A stretch of 64,000 nt of DNA, taken from NCBI GenBank assembly GCA_002305675.1, contig DBQA01000007.1:238653-302652 (forward strand), given 5' to 3'. The notes beneath the pieces were generated by a model that worked only from the letters and a program-made list of their open reading frames with translations, was not told the origin of the DNA and ran no database searches. The stretch comes from Patescibacteria group bacterium UBA1406 (GTDB lineage: Bacteria > Patescibacteriota > Microgenomatia > UBA1406). Positions 26,329-34,909 of the stretch are shown here, piece after piece (the first letter of the stretch is position 1; each line of letters starts with the position of its first letter). The translations under genes and the position numbers were made by a program.

Positions 26329-28158
26329 ATGACTTCGGAGGAGATTCTCAGGCAATACTTTGATTTTTACGGCCAATCCGGGCACAAACAGGTCCCGAAC
26401 GTTTCCCTGGTGCCGGCCGGGGACTCCACCCTGCTTTTCGTGAACTCTGGCATGTTTCCCCTTGTTCCCTACCTGAGCGGCGAGCCGCATCCTTTGGGCA
26501 AAAGACTTATGAACGTACAGCGGTCAATGCGGTTCGAGGACATCGAGGAGATCGGCGACAACCGCCACACCACCGCTTTCCATATGCTCGGCAACTGGAG
26601 CCTCGGCGACTACTTCAAAAAGGAGCAGCTGCCCTGGGTCTATGAGTTCTTTATTGAAAAGCTCGGTCTTTCTCCGGAGCGTCTGTTCGCTTCCATCTTC
26701 GCCGGCGACGAGAATGCCCCCCGGGACGACGAGTCCATCAAAATAATCCAGGATATCTTCAAAAAGCATGGCCTGGAGGCGAAAGTGAACGAGCGCATCT
26801 TCACCTACGGCAAGGAGGATAACTGGTGGCAGCGGGGTGAGGCTATCGGCGAGCTCGGCGGACCGGACAGCGAAATTTTTTATTATATGGGCAAAGGGAG
26901 CGGGACAGGCAAGAACCCCGCCGAGAACCAGGACGAGTTCATTGAGATCGGCAACTCCGTCTTCATGCAGTACCAGCGTACGGAAACCGGCTGGCAGGAA
27001 CTGCCCCAAAAGAACGTCGACTTCGGCGGGGGCCTGGAGCGGATAGCTCTCGTCGTGCAGGAAAAGCAGGACATATTCGAGACGGACAACTTTCTCCCCA
27101 TCATCCGGAAACTGGAAACGATGTCCGGCAAGACCTACCGGGAAAGCATAGAGGTCACCCGCGCTATGCGCATTTTGGCAGACCATATTAGGGCAGCTAC
27201 CCTTCTGGCCATGGACGGGGTGCTCCCGACCAACAAGGACCAGGGCTATGCTTTGCGGCGTTTTCTGAGGCGCATGGTCAGCTTCGGCCAGAAACTGGGC
27301 ATCCAGGAAAATATCAGTTCCGGGCTGGTTCCGGCGGTCAATGAGGCCGTCGGCTGGCTGTATCCGGACCTCAAACGCGATGCTGGCCGCATCCGGGAGG
27401 TGTTCAATGATGAAGAAGAGCGGTTCAGGGAAACCCTCCGCCGGGGCCAGAAGACGCTAAAAGAGAGGCTTTCTGTGCGGAAGGAATGGAGCCTTGAAGA
27501 GTTGGGCCAAATAGTCTTTGATCTTAGACAGTCCCACGGTCTGCCCTTCGATATCTCTTTGGAGGAGATCAATAATATTCTGAAAAAAAGCCCGGCCGAA
27601 TTGAACGATATCGAAAAAAGTGCGGAAACTCTTTTTGCCAAACATCAGGAAAAGTCCCGCCTCGGCGCCGAACAGAAGTTCAAGGGCGGCCTGGCAGACC
27701 ACAGCCGGGAAGTCGTCCGCTACCATACGGCCACGCACCTTCTGCACCAAGCCTTGAGAAGCATTCTTGGCAGTCATGTCCAGCAATACGGCAGCAACAT
27801 CACCAAGGACCGTCTCCGCTTTGATTTTTCACACCCGGCCCGGCTTACCGACAAAGAGGTAACCAAAGTGGAAAAGCTTATCAACGAGACGATAGAAAAG
27901 GATCTGCCGGTACAATCCATTGTCCTGCCCAGGGCAGAGGCGGAGAAGATGGGTGCCCTGCACTTTTTCAAGGAAAAGTATACTGATCGGGTGAGTGTAT
28001 ATTTCGTCGGCCCCACCCTCGAGGAAGCCTTCAGCAAGGAGTTCTGCGGCGGTCCCCATGTCAAGGACCTCTCCGAGCTTTCCCCCACCCTGAAGATCTA
28101 CAAACAGGAAAACGTCGGCAAGGGAATCAGACGCATCTATGCCAAATTCGGACAATAA
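26329..28158 (+). CDS. alaS: alanine--tRNA ligase, short form (catalytic, tRNA-recognition and editing domains, no C-Ala domain)
   Basis: 609 aa. The N-terminus is FDFYGQSGHKQVPNVSLVP...LLFVNSGMFPLVPY. The editing-domain motifs are HTATHLLHQALR and CGGPHV. The protein ends about 40 aa after the editing core. Confidence 0.9.
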   Translation: MTSEEILRQYFDFYGQSGHKQVPNVSLVPAGDSTLLFVNSGMFPLVPYLSGEPHPLGKRLMNVQRSMRFEDIEEIGDNRHTTAFHMLGNWSLGDYFKKEQLPWVYEFFIEKLGLSPERLFASIFAGDENAPRDDESIKIIQDIFKKHGLEAKVNERIFTYGKEDNWWQRGEAIGELGGPDSEIFYYMGKGSGTGKNPAENQDEFIEIGNSVFMQYQRTETGWQELPQKNVDFGGGLERIALVVQEKQDIFETDNFLPIIRKLETMSGKTYRESIEVTRAMRILADHIRAATLLAMDGVLPTNKDQGYALRRFLRRMVSFGQKLGIQENISSGLVPAVNEAVGWLYPDLKRDAGRIREVFNDEEERFRETLRRGQKTLKERLSVRKEWSLEELGQIVFDLRQSHGLPFDISLEEINNILKKSPAELNDIEKSAETLFAKHQEKSRLGAEQKFKGGLADHSREVVRYHTATHLLHQALRSILGSHVQQYGSNITKDRLRFDFSHPARLTDKEVTKVEKLINETIEKDLPVQSIVLPRAEAEKMGALHFFKEKYTDRVSVYFVGPTLEEAFSKEFCGGPHVKDLSELSPTLKIYKQENVGKGIRRIYAKFGQ

Positions 28159-29491
28159 CCTTATCATTGCTGATCTGCATCTGCATTCAAAATACTCTCG
28201 GGCTGTTTCCCAAAGCATGGACCTCGCCGAGATCTCCCTCTGGGCCACCCGGAAAGGCATCCGTCTCGTAGGAACGGCCGACTGGACCCATCCCCTGTGG
28301 TTCAGACAATTGAGCACGGAGCTCGTGGAAAAAGAGCCTGGTTTATTCGCTTTGAAATCCCCTCCCCCTGACGTCGACCCTCACCTGCGGTTCGTGCTGA
28401 CAGTGGAAGTGTCCAACATCTATTCCCAAAACGGCCGGACAAGGCGGATACATACGGTCCTGTTCTCGCCTTCCCTGGCCACGATCAAGAAAGTCCAGCA
28501 TGAACTCAGCGGCCGGGGGGTCAACCTGACCTCGGACGGCCGGCCCATCATGGGCCTGTCCATGATCGAACTGGCCGAGCTTTTGTGGTCCATCGACCCG
28601 GACATTTTCATCCTGCCCGCCCATATCTGGACCCCCTGGTTCTCTCTCTATGGCTCGGCGAGCGGCTTCGATTCGTTAGAGGAATGCTTCGGCAGATATG
28701 CCGACCGGATAACGGCGGTTGAGACGGGCCTCTCCTCGGACCCGTCCATGAACTGGTCGGTCCCCGAACTGGATAAACGCGTCATCGTGTCATTTTCCGA
28801 CGCCCACTCCGGGCCGAAGCTCGGCCGGGAAGCAACGGTTTTCAAAAGAAAATACCCCGGCCGGCATGTCACTTACCATGACCTGACCGGGGCTCTGAAA
28901 AAAGAGAGTCGGGCCAATCTGCAGGTCGCTTTCACCATCGAGTTCTTTCCCGAGGAGGGCAAATACCATCTGTCCGGCCACCGTAATTGTCAGGTCAGGC
29001 TGGAACCCGCAGAGGTAGACAAGTTGAGGGGCGTATGTCCCAAATGTCACAAAAAGCTGACCATCAGGGTCCTGGACCGGGTAAGACACCTCTCCCCAAA
29101 TCTATTGCCGGAATCAGACCTCCCCAAAGTGACCTCCAAAAGCGGGGCTCTTCTTCTCTACCCCCCGCAAAAGGACAGACCTCCCTTCGTCTCTATCATC
29201 CCTCTGCTGGAGGTGGTCGCGGACATAGAAAAGACCTCTCCCCAAAGTAAGAAAGCGCAGGAGAAATACGACCGGTTGATCCGGACGGTGGGAACGGAGT
29301 TCGAGATACTCCTTTTTACCGATCTGTCAAAGCTCGCCGGCATCGGCGAAGAGTCCCTGGCACAGGCCTTGGAAAAAATGCGCTCGCGGAAAGTGCGTCT
29401 TGATGCCGGCTATGACGGGGTTTTTGGTAAAATCACAGTAGATGCGGCAGACACAGAAATCCCGGGGGCAGAACAGAAAACCCTTTTTTAA
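28139..29491 (+). CDS. endonuclease Q-like PHP-domain protein
   Basis: 450 aa. The segments ADLHLHSKYSRAVS, PAHIWTPWFSLYGSASGFDSLEECFG, ETGLSSDPSMNW, FSDAHSGPKLGREATVF and the zinc-ribbon-like H..C...CPKCH match the EndoQ family as I recall it. It overlaps alaS by 20 nt. Confidence 0.65.
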   Translation: MPNSDNNLIIADLHLHSKYSRAVSQSMDLAEISLWATRKGIRLVGTADWTHPLWFRQLSTELVEKEPGLFALKSPPPDVDPHLRFVLTVEVSNIYSQNGRTRRIHTVLFSPSLATIKKVQHELSGRGVNLTSDGRPIMGLSMIELAELLWSIDPDIFILPAHIWTPWFSLYGSASGFDSLEECFGRYADRITAVETGLSSDPSMNWSVPELDKRVIVSFSDAHSGPKLGREATVFKRKYPGRHVTYHDLTGALKKESRANLQVAFTIEFFPEEGKYHLSGHRNCQVRLEPAEVDKLRGVCPKCHKKLTIRVLDRVRHLSPNLLPESDLPKVTSKSGALLLYPPQKDRPPFVSIIPLLEVVADIEKTSPQSKKAQEKYDRLIRTVGTEFEILLFTDLSKLAGIGEESLAQALEKMRSRKVRLDAGYDGVFGKITVDAADTEIPGAEQKTLF

Positions 29492-30656
29492 CAGTCTGGC
29501 GACATGGTCCTTCTTCGTCCTCGGCCTTTTGATACCTGTCCAGCTCGGCCGACATTTTTGGCCGTCCTTCTCCTTTCTCAACGGCGTCCGGTCCGATTTC
29601 CTCTCCCCGACGATCTATCTGACCGATCTGTTACTAATCGGGGCGGTCTTTCTAAACTGGCCTGACAAGTGGCCAAAGATAAAAAAGTCCGTGGTCTGGG
29701 TCGGGGCCGTTCTGCTTCTTATCAACTTTGTTGCCGTCACCCATAAGCCTCTGTTCCTCTACCGGCTTTACCAATACCTGAAGATCGCCCTGGCCGCCTG
29801 GCTGTTTTACCGGGCCGGCCGGGAAGATCGGAGCGCGTTTGTCAAGGGGATGGCGGTGTCGGCCGTCTACACTCTGTTCCTGTCCGTCTGGCAGATACGA
29901 ACACAGGGTTCCCTGCAGGGGTTCTGGTGGTTTTTGGGGGAAAGGGCGTTCACCGTCGGAACACCAGGTATCGCGACCGTCAGCATCGGCGGCCAGAAAC
30001 TCCTCCGGGCCTACGCAACCTTCTCCCATCCTAATTCACTGGGGGGCTTTTTCGCCACCGCCGCCGCTCTTTTTCTTCTCCATAGAAGGCTTCGAGTCGG
30101 GGTGCTCTTGGCGGTATCCATAGTGATTTTATCCTTTTCCAAGGCCGCACTCCTGTCACTGGCCTTAGTCTTTCTTTTATGGCAGTTATCCAAAAGCAAT
30201 GACTGCCGCCCTTGTCGGGTCGTCGGATGGCTTTTCCCGCTGTGGCTGGGCTCACTGGTATTTCTATTCAGGGGCAGTCCAGACACTTTCCAGGGCCGTC
30301 TGGACTCCTGGGGCGAAGCGGTCGCCTTCCTGGCGAAGAACCCCCTCGGGACATCCCTTGGTCATTACCTTTATCCCCTTTTATCTCCGCGGTATCAGCC
30401 TGTCCACAATGCCTTTCTACTTGTTTTTCTGGAGATCGGGCTGGTTGGGGGAGTGGCTCTGTTCTATATCCTGTCCAAAGCCCTTGTCAACAGGATAAAA
30501 ACGGCCCCGGCCCGGTTACTGCCCTGGGTTCCGGTCTGCCTGACCGCCGGCCTGGACCATTACTGGCTCACTTTGCCTCAGAACATGATCCTTTTGGGGG
30601 CGGTGATAGGGCTCACTTTAGGAGTTCCTGCCAGCAGACGCGGAAGTCGGAGTTGA
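29442..30656 (+). CDS. O-antigen ligase/polymerase-like (Wzy_C) membrane protein
   Basis: 404-aa polytopic protein. The periplasmic-loop motif is YATFSHPNSLGGFFA. The start is uncertain because ATG 29442 overlaps the upstream gene by 50 nt. Confidence 0.6.
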   Translation: MRQTQKSRGQNRKPFFNSLATWSFFVLGLLIPVQLGRHFWPSFSFLNGVRSDFLSPTIYLTDLLLIGAVFLNWPDKWPKIKKSVVWVGAVLLLINFVAVTHKPLFLYRLYQYLKIALAAWLFYRAGREDRSAFVKGMAVSAVYTLFLSVWQIRTQGSLQGFWWFLGERAFTVGTPGIATVSIGGQKLLRAYATFSHPNSLGGFFATAAALFLLHRRLRVGVLLAVSIVILSFSKAALLSLALVFLLWQLSKSNDCRPCRVVGWLFPLWLGSLVFLFRGSPDTFQGRLDSWGEAVAFLAKNPLGTSLGHYLYPLLSPRYQPVHNAFLLVFLEIGLVGGVALFYILSKALVNRIKTAPARLLPWVPVCLTAGLDHYWLTLPQNMILLGAVIGLTLGVPASRRGSRS

Positions 30657-31200
30657 GCTCCAGGCTGGACGCATAGTTTGTCCGCAGTTCCCGGGGTGAT
30701 TTTTTGGCCATCTCCTGCAGCATCCGGCGGTGGGCATCTCCGGACGCCACCCCCTTTTCCAGAAGTCCAAGCTCCGGGGAGCTGCCGTGGCCTTTGGCCC
30801 GGTTGGCGCTGTCGCACATCTTCAGCAGGTATTTCTGTGACTTGGAGGCCATCTCCTCGGCCAGCGCCCATTCCGACTGGTCGGAGAGCATCTTGGCCAT
30901 ATTGATCCTCTTGTCAGCATACAGGAGATAGAGTTCGCTTTTGGCCACCTGGTCCCTGGTAAAAAACTCCAAAAACCTGTCCCGGATGACTTTGACCGTG
31001 TACAGCGGGTGGTTCGGCAGAATACCGGGATACGGCAGGTTATAGTCTTTGGCCGCGAAAACACTGGCCTGGGCCAGAATGCCGACAATATTGAAGATAA
31101 TGAACATCAAGAGCAAGACGCCCAAGAGAGGCGCGAGCTTAAAGCGCCGAAAAAAAGTCTGAATCCTGTCCTCCTGTTCTTTAGAGAAAAAAGGGCTCAT
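30613..31200 (-). CDS. membrane-anchored helical protein (DUF5667-like)
   Basis: One TM helix is followed by LPYPGILPNHPLYTVKVIRDRFLEFF, a pattern I associate with DUF5667 proteins in CPR genomes. I chose ATG 31200 over the TTG at 31206. Confidence 0.4.
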   Translation of the reverse strand: MSPFFSKEQEDRIQTFFRRFKLAPLLGVLLLMFIIFNIVGILAQASVFAAKDYNLPYPGILPNHPLYTVKVIRDRFLEFFTRDQVAKSELYLLYADKRINMAKMLSDQSEWALAEEMASKSQKYLLKMCDSANRAKGHGSSPELGLLEKGVASGDAHRRMLQEMAKKSPRELRTNYASSLELNSDFRVCWQELLK

Positions 31201-31209
31201 TAGCAATAC

Positions 31210-32169
31210 CTAATATACCATATTTGCGATCTCCCGCAAAGGGGTGCGGTCAACTTCGTACCAGACGATGCGGGGGTTTCTTTTCATGAAGGTGAACTGC
31301 CTCTTGGCATACTGGACCTCCCGCCTTGTCCATTCCCCGACCGCTCCCGTTAGATCGGTCTCTCCGCTCAGATATTTGATTATTTCCTGATAACCGATCG
31401 TTTGCAGGCCAAAATCGTCCCGGCGGTATCCCATGCTCAAAAGCGTTTCCACTTCGGCAACCGCTCCTTCAGCCAGCCTTTTCTCCACCCTGGCCTTAAT
31501 CGCCTCCCAAAGCTTCTCTTTATCGGCATATTTTAAACCTATCCAGGTAAGGTCGTATTGATCTGACAACGGTTTAGCTTTTCTTTGGATTTTGGATTTT
31601 GGACTTCGAATTTCTTTCTCTATCCATCTTATCAGCCGACGGCGGTTCTGCCTGTCGGACTCGTTCAGAAGACCGAGCCGGTCAGGGTTAAGGCCGGCAA
31701 GCATCTCCTGCAGTTTGCCAAGGCTCACTTTGCCGAGCCTTCTCCTCAGTTCCCAGTCTGGAGCAACCCCGGCCTCGGATGGACCTGTCAGTAGGGTATC
31801 GATATAGAAGTAGGTGCCGCCGGCAATAACGGGTAACCGGCCTTTGCCTTCGATCAGTCCGACCGCTATCCTGGCCAGTCCCGCCCAGTCAAAGGCGGAA
31901 AAGTATTCCCGGGGAGAAACAGCGTCATAAAGCCAAACCGGTGTGCTTCCGATTTTATAGAAGCCCAGGTCAAAACTCCCCGCCTTCTTCACTCTCGTGA
32001 AACTCCCGCCTTCCGCGTCCTTGCCGGTAATGATGTCCAGATGCCTGTATGACTGTCTGGAATCGGCGGAGACGATCTCCCCGCCGTGCTTGCGGGCCAG
32101 GTCCACCGCCAGCCCGGTCTTGCCGGTGGCGGTAGTTCCGGTGATGATAAGAATCTTTTTGCCGGTCAT
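31210..32169 (-). CDS. miaA: tRNA dimethylallyltransferase
   Basis: The P-loop is ITGTTATGKTGLA, followed by SADSRQSYRHLDIITGK. Confidence 0.9.
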   Translation of the reverse strand: MTGKKILIITGTTATGKTGLAVDLARKHGGEIVSADSRQSYRHLDIITGKDAEGGSFTRVKKAGSFDLGFYKIGSTPVWLYDAVSPREYFSAFDWAGLARIAVGLIEGKGRLPVIAGGTYFYIDTLLTGPSEAGVAPDWELRRRLGKVSLGKLQEMLAGLNPDRLGLLNESDRQNRRRLIRWIEKEIRSPKSKIQRKAKPLSDQYDLTWIGLKYADKEKLWEAIKARVEKRLAEGAVAEVETLLSMGYRRDDFGLQTIGYQEIIKYLSGETDLTGAVGEWTRREVQYAKRQFTFMKRNPRIVWYEVDRTPLREIANMVY

Positions 32170-32828
32170 GGATTATATTTTAAACCGTAATACGCCAAAA
32201 TGTCAGCGGCGCCGGTGACAGGAACCGCTCCCTGTTTCAACAGGAAATGCGGGGCCAGCGAGTTTTGGTTGCCCACCTGGCCGGGTAGAGCGAAGACATC
32301 CCTTCCCTGCTCGGCCGCAAACCGGGAGGTGGTCAGTGTCCCCGACCGCGCCCCTCCCTCAACCACGAGCACCCCCCTGCTCAGCGCGGAAACCAACCTG
32401 TTCCTGGCCACAAACATCTGCCTGTTCACCGGGCATCCGGGCGGATATTCCGAAACGACGAGTCCGCCCTTTTCAACGATCTCCCCGGCCAGCCGCAAAT
32501 TATCCGCAGGGTATATCCGGTCAATGCCTGTCCCCAAGACAGCGACAGTGCGACCGCCACCATCCAGAGCGCCCCGGTGGGCAAAGGTATCCGTCCCCTG
32601 GGCCAGGCCGGACACCACTACCACGCCGCTTCTGGCCAAGTCCCGGGCGATATGATACGCCATCCTCTCCCCGTAACCCGTAGGCAGCCGCGAACCTACC
32701 ACCGCGATGAGAATATCCTCCCGCCAGTCAAAATTCGTCATACTTCCCCTGTAGTACAAACCGACCGGAGGATCGGGCATGGACAAGAGGGGAAGCGGAA
32801 AACCGGACCGGGTTTTCGATACATACAT
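32166..32828 (-). CDS. dprA: DNA-processing protein DprA, minimal Rossmann-core form
   Basis: 220 aa with the segments IAVVGSRLPTGYG, VVVSGLAQGTDTFAHRGAL, TVAVLGTGIDRIYP and EYPPG. Only the central domain is present. Confidence 0.8.
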   Translation of the reverse strand: MYVSKTRSGFPLPLLSMPDPPVGLYYRGSMTNFDWREDILIAVVGSRLPTGYGERMAYHIARDLARSGVVVVSGLAQGTDTFAHRGALDGGGRTVAVLGTGIDRIYPADNLRLAGEIVEKGGLVVSEYPPGCPVNRQMFVARNRLVSALSRGVLVVEGGARSGTLTTSRFAAEQGRDVFALPGQVGNQNSLAPHFLLKQGAVPVTGAADILAYYGLKYNP

Positions 32829-32869
32829 GTCTAGATAATTCTAATAAAAAAATCGGTTATAATTTTTCT

Positions 32870-33871
32870 ATGAAGATCGCCTTCTTCGAGATCGAGCCGT
32901 GGGAACAGACGTATTTTGAAAAACATCTCGGGGGCAACCAACTCACCTTTTCCCCGGAGAGGTTAAAGCTGGAAAATTACCAGGCGGCCGAGGGAGCCGA
33001 TATCGTTTCCGTTTTCATCGGCTCCAAGGTCAACGCCGGCCTGATGGAAAAACTACCCCAACTCAAGGCCGTGGTCACCCGCTCTACGGGGACGGACCAT
33101 ATCGATTGCGAAGCGGCCAAGGACAAGAAGATCCGGGTGATGAATGTTCCCCATTACGGGGTCAACACGGTGGCGGAGCACGCCTTCGCCCTGATGCTCG
33201 CCCTCAGCCGGAAACTTATCCCGGCCTACCTCCAAACCAAGGAAGGCGACTTCACCAATAAGAACCTGACCGGCTTCGATCTCAACGGCAAAACCCTTGG
33301 CATCATCGGTTACGGGAACATCGGCGGCAAGGTCGCCGAGATCGCCCTGGCCATCGGCATGAACGTGCTCGTATACACGCGTACCCCCAAAGAGGTCCAG
33401 AACGTCGAATTCACCGACCTGGAGACGCTTTTGAAAAGGTCCGACATTATCACTCTGCACACTCCACTGACCCCGGAAACAAAGCACATTATCAACAGGG
33501 ACAACCTGAAACTGGTCAAGAAAGGAACGTTACTGATCAATACGGCCAGAGGGGGGCTTGTCGAAACCGAGGGGCTGGTCGCCGCCCTCTCGGACGGCAC
33601 TCTCGGGGGTGCGGGACTGGATGTGTTGGAGGAGGAGCAGGCCATCAAGGAAGAGCGTCAGATCTTAAGCCAGACCCAGCTCGACCTGGGAAGCGCCAAA
33701 ACCCTGCTCTTGGATCATATCCTTCTGGACACCCCGAACGTCATCATCACTCCCCACAATGCCTTCAACAGCATAGAGGCCTTGGAGGAAATAAACAGCC
33801 AGACAGTAGAGAACATCAAGGAATTGACCAAGAGCCACGTTATGGGCCAAATAGAGAAGGTATTTTTATGA
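32870..33871 (+). CDS. D-isomer-specific 2-hydroxyacid dehydrogenase
   Basis: The NAD-binding motif is GIIGYGNIGGKVA. The catalytic contexts are NTARGGLV and ITPHNAF. TATAAT (32858-32863) lies 6 nt upstream of the ATG. Confidence 0.82.
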   Translation: MKIAFFEIEPWEQTYFEKHLGGNQLTFSPERLKLENYQAAEGADIVSVFIGSKVNAGLMEKLPQLKAVVTRSTGTDHIDCEAAKDKKIRVMNVPHYGVNTVAEHAFALMLALSRKLIPAYLQTKEGDFTNKNLTGFDLNGKTLGIIGYGNIGGKVAEIALAIGMNVLVYTRTPKEVQNVEFTDLETLLKRSDIITLHTPLTPETKHIINRDNLKLVKKGTLLINTARGGLVETEGLVAALSDGTLGGAGLDVLEEEQAIKEERQILSQTQLDLGSAKTLLLDHILLDTPNVIITPHNAFNSIEALEEINSQTVENIKELTKSHVMGQIEKVFL

Positions 33872-34190
33872 CCGGGCTCTTAGCATCTCCGCCGAAAATC
33901 CCCAGAATATCCGTGGTGATCGTGAAATAGATGGTCCAGACAGACATCAAAAGCACCAGGCCAATGAGTGCGTTCGTGATCTGTTTCTGGGATTTGGCAA
34001 TTTTATCCTTGTCTCCTTGGGAATTTATCCAGTTAATCGACCCCAGGATCAGCTGGTAAAAAACGAAGATGCCGGCCACCACCGTGGCCAGGGAAAAAAC
34101 GGTGCCGAATATTCTACCCAAGATCGAAGGGTCGGAGGCGTCGACCGCCGTGCCTTCCCCCAGTTTTTGCGCCAAATATAATTTGCTCAT
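33840..34190 (-). CDS. two-TM TrbC/VirB2-like 'T4SS-pilin-like' small protein (paralog 3)
   Basis: 116 aa: TM1, loop INWINSQGDKDKIAKSQKQITNALIGL, TM2. It is the third gene of a tight tandem array, and its 3' end overlaps the convergent dehydrogenase gene by 32 nt. Confidence 0.6.
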   Translation of the reverse strand: MSKLYLAQKLGEGTAVDASDPSILGRIFGTVFSLATVVAGIFVFYQLILGSINWINSQGDKDKIAKSQKQITNALIGLVLLMSVWTIYFTITTDILGIFGGDAKSPVIKIPSLFGP

Positions 34191-34196
34191 CTTTGT

Positions 34197-34553
34197 TTAC
34201 GGGTTGGTAATGTTCTGTATCTGCTGCGTCAGGTCAAGCAGCGCATCCCAATCTCCGAAAAAGACCGTCCCAATCACCCCGGCGATCACAAAGGTCATCG
34301 ACATCAGGAACAGCCCGATGATGGACTGGGTGATCATCTTCTGGGCTTTCTCGATGTTCTTGGTCTCACCCTGAGAATTGATGTAATTATAAGCCGCCAA
34401 AACAAAATTCAAGAGGGCATACAGGCCAAAGGCCACGAATGCCAGTCGGAAACCGCGGTTGATGAAACCGGTCAGGCCGGTCTCCCAGCTCCCCGCCCCA
34501 AAGGGCGGCGTGATCTTGTCTGTGCCAAGGATGTCGTTCGCTAAAAGCTTCAT
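34197..34553 (-). CDS. two-TM TrbC/VirB2-like 'T4SS-pilin-like' small protein (paralog 2)
   Basis: 118 aa: TM1, loop YNYINSQGETKNIEKAQKMITQSIIGL, TM2. It lies 9 nt after paralog 1 and 6 nt before paralog 3. Confidence 0.6.
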   Translation of the reverse strand: MKLLANDILGTDKITPPFGAGSWETGLTGFINRGFRLAFVAFGLYALLNFVLAAYNYINSQGETKNIEKAQKMITQSIIGLFLMSMTFVIAGVIGTVFFGDWDALLDLTQQIQNITNP

Positions 34554-34562
34554 GTTTATCCT

Positions 34563-34856
34563 TTAAAAACTTGTACCTAAAAAACGGGCCATGATCTGGG
34601 TTATCCAATACGCCGTCGCTATCACCGCTGCCCCAATCAGGCTGTAGGTGATGGCTGTCTTGGCCTTCTCAATGTTCTTGGCATCCCCCTGGGCAGTGAG
34701 ATACCAATAGGCCGCGTAGACGATGGTGGCGATGATCAGTAAGGACCCTCCCAAAGCGGCCAGTTTGGAGACTAGGCTCACGAGATCCCCGACGGTTTGG
34801 AATTTCTGTCCCGGGGTAAAGACATCACCGATGTCCACCTGAGAGAGAAGCTTCAT
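34563..34856 (-). CDS. two-TM TrbC/VirB2-like 'T4SS-pilin-like' small protein (paralog 1)
   Basis: 97 aa from ATG 34856: TM1, loop YWYLTAQGDAKNIEKAKTAITYSLIGA, TM2. The TTG at 34892 offered by the ORF track is itself part of the -35 TTGACA. Confidence 0.6.
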   Translation of the reverse strand: MKLLSQVDIGDVFTPGQKFQTVGDLVSLVSKLAALGGSLLIIATIVYAAYWYLTAQGDAKNIEKAKTAITYSLIGAAVIATAYWITQIMARFLGTSF

Positions 34857-34863
34857 ACATAGA

Positions 34864-34892
34864 AGTTTAGTAAAACCAGAAAGGGTTGTCAA
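34864..34892 (-). promoter_or_regulatory. sigma70-type promoter TTGACA-N17-TAAACT for the pilin-like array
   Basis: On the minus strand the -35 is the complement of 34887-34892 and the -10 is the complement of 34864-34869. The ATG at 34856 lies 7 nt downstream of the -10, giving a leaderless geometry. Confidence 0.55.
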
Positions 34893-34909
34893 TTTGATAA
34901 AATTAAGGT

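Noticed and set aside
31585-31606. A short tandem repeat GGATTTTGGATTTTGGACTT. Across the whole window I also looked for CRISPR-like spaced repeats.
   Set aside because: It has only about 2.5 copies of a 7-mer inside the miaA coding sequence (encoding KSKIQ). I saw no array of 25-40-bp repeats with spacers anywhere in the window.
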